DNA from: Gemmatimonadaceae bacterium
Lineage (GTDB): Bacteria; Gemmatimonadota; Gemmatimonadetes; Gemmatimonadales; Gemmatimonadaceae
Direction: 5' to 3'
NCBI GenBank assembly: GCA_025358925.1
Contig: JANYHT010000017.1
Location: forward strand, 180,432 to 244,431
Length of the DNA stretch: 64,000 nt
In this document: positions 19,433-29,400 of the stretch, piece by piece
How positions within the stretch are numbered: the stretch's first letter is position 1
How the letters are laid out: each line of letters begins with the position of its first letter
Position numbers and translations under genes: made by a program
Notes under the pieces: model-generated
Seen by the model: only the letters and a program-made list of their open reading frames with translations
Database searches by the model: none
What the model was told of the DNA's origin: nothing

Positions 19433-20347
19433 GTGACACTCTCTATCGGTATTCTCGGGACCGGTCGCGTTGGTACGAGTATCGCCATTTCGCTGCTCCA
19501 TGGCGGCGTTGCAAATTCGCTTCTGCTGTCGGACCTGCGTGCCGATGTTGCAGAAGGTGAGGCGATGGATCTCGTGCAGGGCGCTGCGTTTTACCCGACG
19601 GCAAGCATACGCGCCGTGCCATTCGATGCGCTGCTTGCGACAGACGCGCTCGTGCTTTCGGCCGGCCGCAATGGCAAGCCGTCGGAGTCGCGTCTCGATC
19701 TGTTGCGGGACAATGCGCGTGTCATGAGCGACATTGGCGATCGATTGCGCGGCTATCGCGGGCTCGTTGTAGTGGTGTCCAATCCGGTGGATGTCCTCAC
19801 GCAAATCGTGATGGAGCGCTCGGGGTTACCCGCGGCGCGTGTGATTGGAACCGGCACGATGCTGGACACGGCTCGGTTGCGGCAAGCGATTGGCGAAGAG
19901 TTGCGGGTCGATCCGCGTTCTGTGCATGCGCACGTTGTTGGCGAGCATGGGGATTCCGAAGTGGTCCTGTGGTCGAGTGCGCAGGTTGGTGGTCTGGCGC
20001 TTCGCGAGTGGCGTGGATGGCGTCGTGACCGCGAAGCGGAAATTGCGGAGCACGTACGTCGTGCCGGGTACGAAATCATCAAACGCAAGGGCGCGACGAA
20101 TCACGCAATTGGATTGGTCACGGCGTCGCTGTTGCGCTCCATGTTGCGTAACGAACGTTGCGTGCAAACCGTGTCGCGCGTGCAAGTCGTATCCTCAGGC
20201 TTCGATGGGGTAGCGCTGTCGTTACCGACGATTCTTGATGTGGGGGGTGCTGTTACCGCGGTACCGATCGTGTTTGCACCAGAAGAGCAAGAGGCTCTCG
20301 AACGCTCGGCGGATGTCTTGCGTAGCGCTCGCCGTTCGGTGATGTGA
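19433..20347 (+). CDS. ldh: L-lactate dehydrogenase
   Basis: ILGTGRVG, SRLDLL..NA, VVSNPVDVLT, GTMLDTARLR, VGEHGDSEV, KGATNHAIG. Confidence 0.9.
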   Translation: MTLSIGILGTGRVGTSIAISLLHGGVANSLLLSDLRADVAEGEAMDLVQGAAFYPTASIRAVPFDALLATDALVLSAGRNGKPSESRLDLLRDNARVMSDIGDRLRGYRGLVVVVSNPVDVLTQIVMERSGLPAARVIGTGTMLDTARLRQAIGEELRVDPRSVHAHVVGEHGDSEVVLWSSAQVGGLALREWRGWRRDREAEIAEHVRRAGYEIIKRKGATNHAIGLVTASLLRSMLRNERCVQTVSRVQVVSSGFDGVALSLPTILDVGGAVTAVPIVFAPEEQEALERSADVLRSARRSVM

Positions 20348-20400
20348 GTAACGCGAATTGATTGAAGCAGCATGCTGTGGACTTCCACCAAACTGCCTGA

Positions 20401-20604
20401 CCGCGAATTTCGCGAATGACGCGAATTGAATCGGAACGTGTTACGAATGCCGGTCCGACGGTACCGTGTAGCAATTGAGAATGAATAGCAACTGAAGACT
20501 GTTCAGCGCATGAACGCGTCGATGCGCCTCCTCTGAAAAACCTGGAACGTTCCGCCAGCCCGCGATCACGCCGTGTAAATTCGCGTCATTCGCGTAATTC
20601 GCGG
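20401..20604. repeat. ~200 bp non-coding element with 27 bp terminal inverted repeats (copy A; REP-doublet/MITE-like)
   Basis: ccgcgaatttcgcgaatgacgcgaatt (20401-20427) matches the reverse complement of 20578-20604 at 26/27. Homologous to 55127-55310. Confidence 0.85.
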
Positions 20605-20711
20605 CCAGTGGCTCAATTTAAGCGGGTGCACAAATATTGCTGTCACCGCCATCGAAAAGAGCAAATATTTTTGTATCTCACCTGATCGTTAAACATTTTC
20701 CGGAGTTGCAA

Positions 20712-21122
20712 ATGTCTCGCATTGCCACGCTGCTCGTAATCCTCGTTGTCGGTACGCGCACATCGTTAAGCGCGCAGGCATGCCCTCCCGCGCCGCTGTC
20801 GACGATGCGCGACGGGACACCCGCACCGTGGTTCGATTTTCAAGTAGAAGTGCCAGCCCGATTCATTGGGGACAGCACCCGTATCCCGCGCCCAGATGTG
20901 GCGATTCGGGTTGCACGAGGGGATACCAACTCCGCGCTTGTACAATTTGTGGTGGATACGCTTGGCGTCTCAGTCGTCACGTCGCTCAAGATGCTGATCA
21001 CGCCATCCGCATTGACCAAAGACGTCGTCGATGCCGCCATCATCTCGTGGCGCTATACGCCAGCGATGTTGCGCGGATGTCGCGTGCCACAGCTGGTACA
21101 GACGCCCTTGCGCTGGAAGTAA
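20712..21122 (+). CDS. Small secreted TonB C-terminal domain protein
   Basis: LVQFVVDTLG...WRYTPAMLRGCRVPQLVQTP resembles TonB_C. Confidence 0.7.
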   Translation: MSRIATLLVILVVGTRTSLSAQACPPAPLSTMRDGTPAPWFDFQVEVPARFIGDSTRIPRPDVAIRVARGDTNSALVQFVVDTLGVSVVTSLKMLITPSALTKDVVDAAIISWRYTPAMLRGCRVPQLVQTPLRWK

Positions 21123-21133
21123 AAAACGACCGC

Positions 21134-22300
21134 CTAACGACGCGCCGGTTCCGAGCGAACAAAATCAATTCCACCAGCCTGCTGACCCACGTCGACACTC
21201 GCCACCTTCTTCAGTACGCCGAGATCGATGACATCAACAGTGCCGGGCTCCGACCCAATGCCTTCCACCGACACAAACGCGTAGCGATCATCGTCGGACA
21301 CGACCACGCCATGCACGACTTTGCGCGTGGTAGGAATCCGCGCGAGTTCTTTGCCAGTCTTCGCATCAAACACCGACAATGAAGCGTCACGCTTATTCGT
21401 CGCGAGGAGTCGTGTGCCGTCCTGCGACTCCGCCAAATTGTACACGCCCGGACCAGCGGGCAATCGACGCACGAGTGACCACGATTTCGTGTCGATCTCC
21501 ACAATGTCGCTGGACTTATTGCAGGCCACCCAGACCCGCGTGCCATCGCGAGAGGGTTGCGCCCACGTTGGCGAACACGAAACGTCACCGGGTTTGGGAG
21601 GCTCCATACCATGTCCGCCCATATCCTGCATCGCGCGCGCCGTTTGACCACGAACGGTTGGAGCACCGGTCATGCCCATTTCTTTGCCCGTCGTCAGAAA
21701 AAAATGTCGACTGACACTTAACGTTCGCGTGTCAATTTCAACAAGCTCCTCGTCCATCATGCACGCCGAATAATGCTTGGTGCCGTCGCTATTCAGGCGC
21801 GATCCGTGCGGCATTGTGCACGTCTTGATGCGCGCAATTTCTACCATTTCGGTCGCGGACACCACCGAGACATCGCTCGCCACCATGTCACCGTGCAAGT
21901 TGAAATTCACGACGAAAACATAAAACCCATCGGGTGACACCTGCGCGGTCGCCGGAAAGTCGCCGAGCAAGACGTTGCCTTCGGCGTCGTTCGTAGCGGT
22001 GTTGTACTTGGTCAGACGACCAAACGGTGTGCCGTGTGCCGTACTCACGTAGTAATGCAATTTGTCGGGCGACACCGCGACACCGTGCGGCCCTGCAACT
22101 TCCGTTGGCGTGAAACCCACGTAGCGCTCGCGTTCAACGCGTGCGCCGCCCGCACCAAAACGCACAAGCGCCACGCGATCGACCGACTCACTCGCAACCA
22201 GCACGAGGTAGTCACGCGTTGGCGCGGTTTGCGCGACAGCAACGGTAGGTGCGCACGCAATCAGTAGCGCGACACCACGCCAACGGGAGCCGAAACTCAC
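21134..22300 (-). CDS. YncE/YVTN-like beta-propeller protein
   Basis: Repeats PHGVAVSPD, PATAQVSPDG, PHGSRLNSDG, VHGVVVSDD. GTGA overlap with the upstream gene. Confidence 0.85.
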   Translation of the reverse strand: MSFGSRWRGVALLIACAPTVAVAQTAPTRDYLVLVASESVDRVALVRFGAGGARVERERYVGFTPTEVAGPHGVAVSPDKLHYYVSTAHGTPFGRLTKYNTATNDAEGNVLLGDFPATAQVSPDGFYVFVVNFNLHGDMVASDVSVVSATEMVEIARIKTCTMPHGSRLNSDGTKHYSACMMDEELVEIDTRTLSVSRHFFLTTGKEMGMTGAPTVRGQTARAMQDMGGHGMEPPKPGDVSCSPTWAQPSRDGTRVWVACNKSSDIVEIDTKSWSLVRRLPAGPGVYNLAESQDGTRLLATNKRDASLSVFDAKTGKELARIPTTRKVVHGVVVSDDDRYAFVSVEGIGSEPGTVDVIDLGVLKKVASVDVGQQAGGIDFVRSEPARR

Positions 22301-24303
22301 GGAACAATTTTCGTCACGGGCTTTGGTTCGATCTTGATGATCCACAAGCCATTATTGTCGTCGTTCACGTACGCGAGGTTGTCTTTCGGATTCACCACCA
22401 CACCCCACGTCATCGCAGAATTTTTCACGTGCCCTTCCATGTCAGCCGTGTTGAGATGACCGATCTCCCGACCTTGTGCGCGCAAATCACCGCGCAACTC
22501 ACCGGATATATCAAATACACGGAAGCCCGCGTTGTACGCACCCATGTAGAGCGTGTCACCAGCCACCCACACGTTGTGTACACCGCCGTATTCGGGCTCG
22601 TACCATGCGACAGGTTTCGGGTGCATGATATCCGATACGTCGAGCACTTGTAGGCGACCATACGCACGGCTCGCTGCCGCGTCCTTCGTCCCTTTCGGAT
22701 AGGCCGCAGGAAACACTTCGTCCGCAATAAAGACATAGTTTTTATGCCGCCACGCCGTGTGTGTGCCGCGAATGAACCCTGGCCCACCGTCGACTTCTAC
22801 TTGTTTATACATCGCATTGAGATCGTATTTGTACTGCGAGACCATCACGGGCTTGGACGGTGAACCACCCTTCACACCATTGCCAATGTCGAGTACCACC
22901 AGTCCATCATTCCAGTAACTGGCGTACAACAAGCCGTCACGAATGTCGATGTCGTGTAGGGACCGACCAGCGTCAGGACGCCCTTCCGTTTTCCAACGCG
23001 CCACTTCTTTTGGATGATACGGATCATTCACATCAAGCACGTGCAACGCACCTGTACCATCGTTGGTAAGATAGATGAACGTGCCATACTTGTCCTGCTT
23101 GTTCACAAATGCTGAATGCACGCCACCCGTAACGCCATCAGTAAATTCCGCAATGACTTTGGGATGTGCAGGGTCGTCGAGCGAACAAATCACGATGCCA
23201 TTTTTCCGATCACTCGCACCCTCGCGCGTAAACACCAAAAATTTGCCGTCGGGAAATGTCATCACATCATTCACGCGACGCGTATTCGAAATCACCGAAT
23301 CGGTCACGGTAGGATTGGCCGGATTACTGATGTCAATCGCATACAGCACGTCACCACCTGATCCCGAGCCGAGATACGCGTGCTTGCCATCAGGGTGAAT
23401 CCAGACTTCTTCGGTGCTGAATCTCGAACGCGAAAGGCGCCCGACAAGCGACAACGGGCGACGTACGTCACGGTCGACAAGCGTCACAGTGGATTGTACA
23501 CTACGTGTTCCAAACGAAGCGTTGATGGTGTACTCACCTGCTTCATACCCGACAAACGCACCATCATCATCGATCGTACCGTGTCCGGGCGAAAAACTCC
23601 ACGTCGGTGTCAGCCCAGTAACGGTCTGACCCGTCGCACTCCTTGCGCGTACGGAAAATCGCAGTACGTCGCCCGTTTTCGCAGTAACGTCACCGGGTGT
23701 CATGGTCAACGCACTCAGCGCGTCGGCCACCACCGTGACCGGCAGCATCTTCACGACGGCGCCGACCGATGCACGAACGGTCGTACTGCCACGACTAACC
23801 GCCGTGATAAGACCAACGTCATTGACCGTCGCCACTTTCGCGTTCGCGCTCGTCCACATCACGCGATCCGCGCGCTTGTCACCAGCGGCTGAAAAGACGC
23901 GCCCCGTTGCACGAAGAGTTTGACCGGCCACCAACGTCGCGGTGACCGGCGCGACGTCCAATGTTGCTGCAGCACCCGGCAACACACGAATGTCAATCGC
24001 CTCAAATTTCGGCCGTGCCGTTGCTGACGTTGCCGTTACCGTGATCGGCAGAATGCTCGTCGATCCAGCTGTGACGAGTCCTAACGAATCGACACGCCCT
24101 TCGAAGCGCGCCCCGCTGCCGAGTCGATAGCGAAAGGTCACGCCAGACATAATGTTGTTCTGCGCGTCACGCGCTTCCGCATATAGTCGCAACGTATCAC
24201 CGGCAACCATCGTGCGGCTGGCCGGCGTGACGACGATGCGCGCAATGTCCTGCGGTTGCGCGGGCGGTTGCTGGAACGCGAGCAAGGCGACGAGGATTCT
24301 CAT
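22297..24303 (-). CDS. Ig-like (Big_2) domains + LVIVD-repeat protein
   Basis: WTSANAKVATVNDVGLITAVSRG (Big_2). LYAIDISNPANP, LHVLDVNDPYHP, LQVLDVSD (LVIVD repeats). Confidence 0.85.
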   Translation of the reverse strand: MRILVALLAFQQPPAQPQDIARIVVTPASRTMVAGDTLRLYAEARDAQNNIMSGVTFRYRLGSGARFEGRVDSLGLVTAGSTSILPITVTATSATARPKFEAIDIRVLPGAAATLDVAPVTATLVAGQTLRATGRVFSAAGDKRADRVMWTSANAKVATVNDVGLITAVSRGSTTVRASVGAVVKMLPVTVVADALSALTMTPGDVTAKTGDVLRFSVRARSATGQTVTGLTPTWSFSPGHGTIDDDGAFVGYEAGEYTINASFGTRSVQSTVTLVDRDVRRPLSLVGRLSRSRFSTEEVWIHPDGKHAYLGSGSGGDVLYAIDISNPANPTVTDSVISNTRRVNDVMTFPDGKFLVFTREGASDRKNGIVICSLDDPAHPKVIAEFTDGVTGGVHSAFVNKQDKYGTFIYLTNDGTGALHVLDVNDPYHPKEVARWKTEGRPDAGRSLHDIDIRDGLLYASYWNDGLVVLDIGNGVKGGSPSKPVMVSQYKYDLNAMYKQVEVDGGPGFIRGTHTAWRHKNYVFIADEVFPAAYPKGTKDAAASRAYGRLQVLDVSDIMHPKPVAWYEPEYGGVHNVWVAGDTLYMGAYNAGFRVFDISGELRGDLRAQGREIGHLNTADMEGHVKNSAMTWGVVVNPKDNLAYVNDDNNGLWIIKIEPKPVTKIVP

Positions 24304-24371
24304 ATGCGGGCTGGCGGAAGAAAGAAAAGTGGATGTGCGATGTTGCTATGGGATGAGCATTCTGGCAAGGT

Positions 24372-24650
24372 TTGTCACACATCATCACTGCTTCACAACG
24401 CCGCTCAGGAGTCTATAGTGCCACCGAACACGCCAGCGCCTGTCCGAAGTGTCAGCACACCATGGAAGCCGGCTTTGTCGTAGACAATACGCATGGAGGG
24501 ACGCTCCAAAGCACGTGGGTCGACGGCGCACCTGTGCGCAGCATGTGGACGGGGCTCAAACTCAAAGGACATGAACGACTCCCAGTGACGACCTACCGAT
24601 GCACGCGTTGTGGTTATCTCGAATCGTACGCGCCGGACGCATCCAGTTAA
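24372..24650 (+). CDS. Small Zn-ribbon protein (PF20097/DUF6487-like); start uncertain
   Basis: CPKC..MEAGFV...W...YRCTRCGYLESYA. Confidence 0.75.
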   Translation: MSHIITASQRRSGVYSATEHASACPKCQHTMEAGFVVDNTHGGTLQSTWVDGAPVRSMWTGLKLKGHERLPVTTYRCTRCGYLESYAPDASS

Positions 24651-24753
24651 CACCACGACAAACGCCGCGTCTATCAAGGGGCGGTACACACGGCACCAGC
24701 CGACCGCGTCGACACTTTCTTCAAACGCTGTTAATTCATCCGAGGACCCGTTC

Positions 24754-25131
24754 ATGCGTTACAACTTGATTAGCATCGCAGCATTTACCGCCACTATGCT
24801 GGTCGTTTCGACTGCGAGTGCACAAGTAACCGCCAGCGCGCGCGGCCCGGCCGCTGCACAGGAACGTCGCGCCGACATGCGCGAGAAACTCAAGGCGATG
24901 ACGCCGGAAGAGCGAAAAGTCGCGATCGCCGCCGCCAAAGAAAAGCGCGAAGCACATAACGCCAATCTCACCGACGCGCAGAAGGCGTGGCAGAAATCGC
25001 TGAACGGTGAACAAAAAACCACGCACGCCGCTGTAAAAGCTGGAACGCTTACGAAAGAAACGGCCGCGCAACAGCTGAAGGCATGGCGTGCCGCAAACCC
25101 GCGTCCGAGTGGCGCTGGTAAGCAAAACTGA
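24754..25131 (+). CDS. Secreted helical protein with Spy/CpxP-like LTxxQ-type motifs
   Basis: Signal peptide ending ASA. MTPEER and LTDAQK motifs, Lys/Ala-rich. Confidence 0.6.
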   Translation: MRYNLISIAAFTATMLVVSTASAQVTASARGPAAAQERRADMREKLKAMTPEERKVAIAAAKEKREAHNANLTDAQKAWQKSLNGEQKTTHAAVKAGTLTKETAAQQLKAWRAANPRPSGAGKQN

Positions 25132-25139
25132 GCGCACCA

Positions 25140-26342
25140 GTGACAGTGCGGTGGCTGTGGTGGGTGACGGCGCTGTTGAGCATCGCAGCGCCGTTTGCGT
25201 CTGCACAAGTGGCGGTCCCGCTCGATGATGGTCGATCATCAGGTGTTCACCAAACACTCTCCGTCACCGCAACTGCACGTTCGTACAGTGTTGGCATGGT
25301 GGATGTCAACGAACGTGTCACACCATTCTCATGGCGTCTCACGTCGTCACAATTCGGATTCACAATAGCTGGCGAACCATTGCAGCTCGACGCGCCAGCA
25401 GAACATTTGCGTGCATGGACACCACTCACCGCGCGTGCCGATGTACTCCTGCGCGTTGGTGACACGTTGAGTGTGTACGGTCGCACCGGAAGCTCGCCGC
25501 TCACACTCGACACACTCGCCATTCGCGCTATTAACGCGGTCAACACGTCAGTACTCGATTTATCCAGTCAATCGCTCGGCGTTCCAGCGCGTGTTGGTGT
25601 GCGTGGTGTCTTCTCGTTTCCCGTTGTTGATGTCGTCTTGGGCTTGGCGGGCGCGCTCGAGCAGGAAGCGCGACCACGAGGATTTGGTGTGACGTATTGG
25701 CAGGGCACGACCGTGCGCGGTTCGGCAACAGTGAATGCGTTATTTGGGGAGCGACATCTCGCGGTCGCGCTCGACCTGAGTTACAGCAATGCGGACTCGC
25801 TCGGCGGTCGCAATCAGTTTGCCGGTGGCGGTACCGCGGGACTCAGTACGGATTTTTCCGGCGCGTTAGACGACGCGAACCGATGGTGGTTTATCGGTAA
25901 CGCGTTCTATTCACGCCCGTTTGACAACGTGCGCAGTGACCAGCCAACGCGATTGATTCCAAGCGGCACATTTGTTGGCCTGAGTGGTTCGTTGCTGACG
26001 CAAACAAATGCCGTGACGTGGACGCCAAGCGTGCAAATACTTCGTGAGTCAAGTAGCGCCGACGTGACAGTGTTGCAAGGCACGCAACGCACGCGCACGT
26101 CGCTGATGGCCAACGCGTATAGCGTTACGAGTAGCGTCAGCGTCGACATTCCGTTTGGGAAAATATTCACGTTCACTCCGGAAGTTGGGGCGGTGGGAGG
26201 TACCGTGTCGTCGTCATTGCGACAGAGCACCGGTCGCGTGATTGGACGACGAGGGCGGCCTGTCGGGCCTGGAAACACAGATGCGTTCAGTGATCCTGTC
26301 CGTGGGTGGTGGAGCGGTATTGGGCTCAGCGCACGATTTTAA
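25140..26342 (+). CDS. Putative outer-membrane beta-barrel protein
   Basis: Signal peptide, alternating hydrophobic strands, C-terminal GIGLSARF. Confidence 0.6.
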   Translation: MTVRWLWWVTALLSIAAPFASAQVAVPLDDGRSSGVHQTLSVTATARSYSVGMVDVNERVTPFSWRLTSSQFGFTIAGEPLQLDAPAEHLRAWTPLTARADVLLRVGDTLSVYGRTGSSPLTLDTLAIRAINAVNTSVLDLSSQSLGVPARVGVRGVFSFPVVDVVLGLAGALEQEARPRGFGVTYWQGTTVRGSATVNALFGERHLAVALDLSYSNADSLGGRNQFAGGGTAGLSTDFSGALDDANRWWFIGNAFYSRPFDNVRSDQPTRLIPSGTFVGLSGSLLTQTNAVTWTPSVQILRESSSADVTVLQGTQRTRTSLMANAYSVTSSVSVDIPFGKIFTFTPEVGAVGGTVSSSLRQSTGRVIGRRGRPVGPGNTDAFSDPVRGWWSGIGLSARF

Positions 26343-26437
26343 CCACGCGAGGCCGCGTCTCGGCAACCTTTCAAGGCCGTCCACGTACTTATTGCGTTAG
26401 ACTTGCTGCATTGACCCTCGCTCGTTGGAGAGCTGTT

Positions 26438-29400
26438 GTGAAAATTCGCCGTATCCTGTACGCCGCCGTGACGTTCAGTCTCGCGGCGGCCGCATTCGCC
26501 CCAACACTCTCGGCGCAACAAGGCTCAGACATCATTCGCGGTCGCATTATCGGCCCCGATAGCCAGCCAATTCCCAATGTGCAGGTGCGGGCAATTTCGT
26601 ATAGCGGCAGCGTCACCAAGGCTGCGAAGTCGGATCGCAATGGTCGCTTTACGATCATCTTCGTCAACGGAGAAGGCGACTATTGGCTCGAGTATGCGGC
26701 ACTCGGCTTCCTCCCAAAACGCTTCGAAATCAAAAAGATTGGCGAAGAAGAGGTGATGCTCGCTGATACAAAGCTGTCCTCGTCCATCGCGACGCTCGAT
26801 GCCGTCAACATCACGGCAAATGGCGCGCGCGCGTTGCCCAATCGCAACACCACGGGCACCGACGTTGGTGGCGGTGATCGATCACTCGTAAATGGTGCCG
26901 CAGTACCGCCCGATCAAGCAGGAAATCTTGCTGCCATGGCGTCGACGATACCCGGTATCCAACTCATTCCGGGTATGGACGGCGCCTCGGACATGTTTTC
27001 CGCGCTCGGCCTCTCTGGCGATCAAAACAACACCACGTTTAACGGTGTCGGATCGGGCATCAACGCGCTGCCACCAGATGCGCAGGTGCGACTCTCGTTC
27101 AATCAATTTCCGTGGGATGTATCGCGCGGTGGATTTAGCGGCGCACAGATTTCTATCTCGTCCATTCCCGGTTCGAACTATTCATTTCGTAATCAAAGCG
27201 GATACGGTACCGCACCGGAGCTGCAGTGGACTGATGAAAATGCAGATTCGACCGGTCAAAAGTCCACCACGTTGCGATACGGCGGAAGTGCGCGTGGTCC
27301 GCTCACGATGGATAAACGGTTTTACAATACGTCATATTCGCTGCAGCGTCGCTTCTCTGATGCGCTTACCTTACTCAACGCCAGTCCGCTTGGACTCGCC
27401 GCTGCCGGTGTGGCAAGTGATTCTGTCACGCGTTTACTCGGCATCTTGAACGGCAAGCGAGTTCCGGTATCGGTCGCCAATGCACCAAGTGTCAACGCGA
27501 CCGATCAGGTGAGTGTACAAGCCAATGTGGACTTGATGCCCAGTTCATCAGGCACCGGCCATTCGTTTACGGTGGGCACCAACGGCTTTTACAGTCACAC
27601 GCAACCCACGCTTGGTGGGTTCGGTGGCGGAAGTTTGCTCACGACTGTTCCCACGCGAACGAACAATAACGAGATCTATTTCGGCAGTGCCTCACTGATG
27701 CACTCCAATTATTTCTGGTTTGGTGTTCTCTCGCAGTCCACGTTGGGCGTGTCCGTGCAGCACGTCGCGAGCATTCCGTTTCTGCAATATCCGTCGGGTA
27801 GTGTTCGCGTGAATTCAATGTTGGATGACGGCACCTCGTCGATTCGCACGCTGTCATTTGGAGGCAGCCAGTCACCGGTATCGCAACTCACGGAAGCGGC
27901 CCAGCTGAGCAATCAACTCACGTGGTACAGCAACGACAGCAAGCATACGCTCAAGCTCACGTCCAATCTGTCTCGAGAGCACAACAGCAGCGCGGCCAAC
28001 GCTAATCTGCTCGGTTCCTTCACGTTTAATTCGCTCGCCGATCTCGATGCTGGACTCCCGGCGAGCTATTCGCGCACGCTCAAGAGTATCACGGGTGCGA
28101 CGGACCAAATTTCCGGCGGGCTCTCGCTCGGTGACGCTTGGCGTCCGTCGTCACGCGTGCAAGTGCAATTCGGCGTACGCCTCGACGGCAACCATTTTTT
28201 GTACAAGCCGCAGCACAATGCTGCGGTGCGAAGTGCGTTTGGCATCGACAACGACAACGTTCCCAACAAACTGTATGTCAGTCCGCGCGTGGGCCTACAG
28301 TGGACGTACGGGAACTCGCCACAGGTCGCGTTCGTTCCGGGCGCCGCTCGTCCGCCGCTCGCCGTCATTCATGCAGGCGCTGGTGTGTTTCAAAATGTTG
28401 GACCGGCCACGCTCATCAACGGCGCGGTGGTCAACACCGGACTGCCCAACTCCACACAAACCATTGCGTGTGTTGGTTTGGCGGCACCGACGCCCTTGTG
28501 GGACGCGTATCTTACCGATCCGGGGACATTGCCAACGCGCTGTGCCGACGGAACATCGGGTACGGTGTTCTCTACGGGTGCGCCAAGTGTGAATGCGTTT
28601 GACGCGCGGTACGAGCAGCCACGTTCTCTTCGTAGTGCCGTCGACTGGACCGCACCCGTGCTCGACAACCGCCTGGTGCTCGGCATTCAAGCCGTGTATT
28701 CGTGGAACATCAACCAAGGCAGTGCGGTGGACTTGAACCTCAATCCCACCACGCGTTTCACACTGGACAATGAATCGGGTCGCCCGGTGTTTGCGTTACC
28801 AAGCGCGATCGTGCCACTGACCGGTAGCATCGCGTCAGCAAGTACGCGAGTAAATACGGCGTTTCAACGCGTCACGCTGCAGTCGTCGGACTTGCGGTCG
28901 ACATCCAAAAACCTTGTGCTCAAGCTGGTACCGGTGACGGCCAACAAATATCTCAAATGGCAACTCACGTACTCGTTGCTCGACGTGCGCGATCAGTACA
29001 ACGGTTTTACGAGTACGGTTAGCAATCCGTTTACCAAAGAGTGGGGTGCACATTTAGCCAGTGGACGCCATCAACTGCTATTGAACTGGAGCAGTATTCC
29101 GCTGTTCGACTTTATGTACTTTAACATTGCCGTGATGGTAAAATCTGGTCAGCGATTTACGCCACTCATTGCGGGCGACGTAAATGGCGACGGCGGCTTT
29201 TTCAACGATCGCGCGTACGTGTTTGATCCGGCGTCCACGTCGGCACAGAATAGTGATCCCACGTTGCGCTCTAGCATGCAGACACTGCTGCAAAGCGGCG
29301 CGCCCGCAACCCGGGAATGTTTAAGCAAGCAGCTTAATCAGCTTGCGGCACGAGGCAGCTGCCAAGCGCCGTGGGTGACAACGACAAATTTGAACATCAA

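Noticed and set aside
19418-19438. In-frame NirK-LDH readthrough, and an 18-mer (17/18) shared with 30181-30198
   Set aside because: In-frame spacing has a 1-in-3 chance, and a periplasmic/cytoplasmic fusion is implausible. By rough estimate, several such near-matches are expected by chance in 64 kb.
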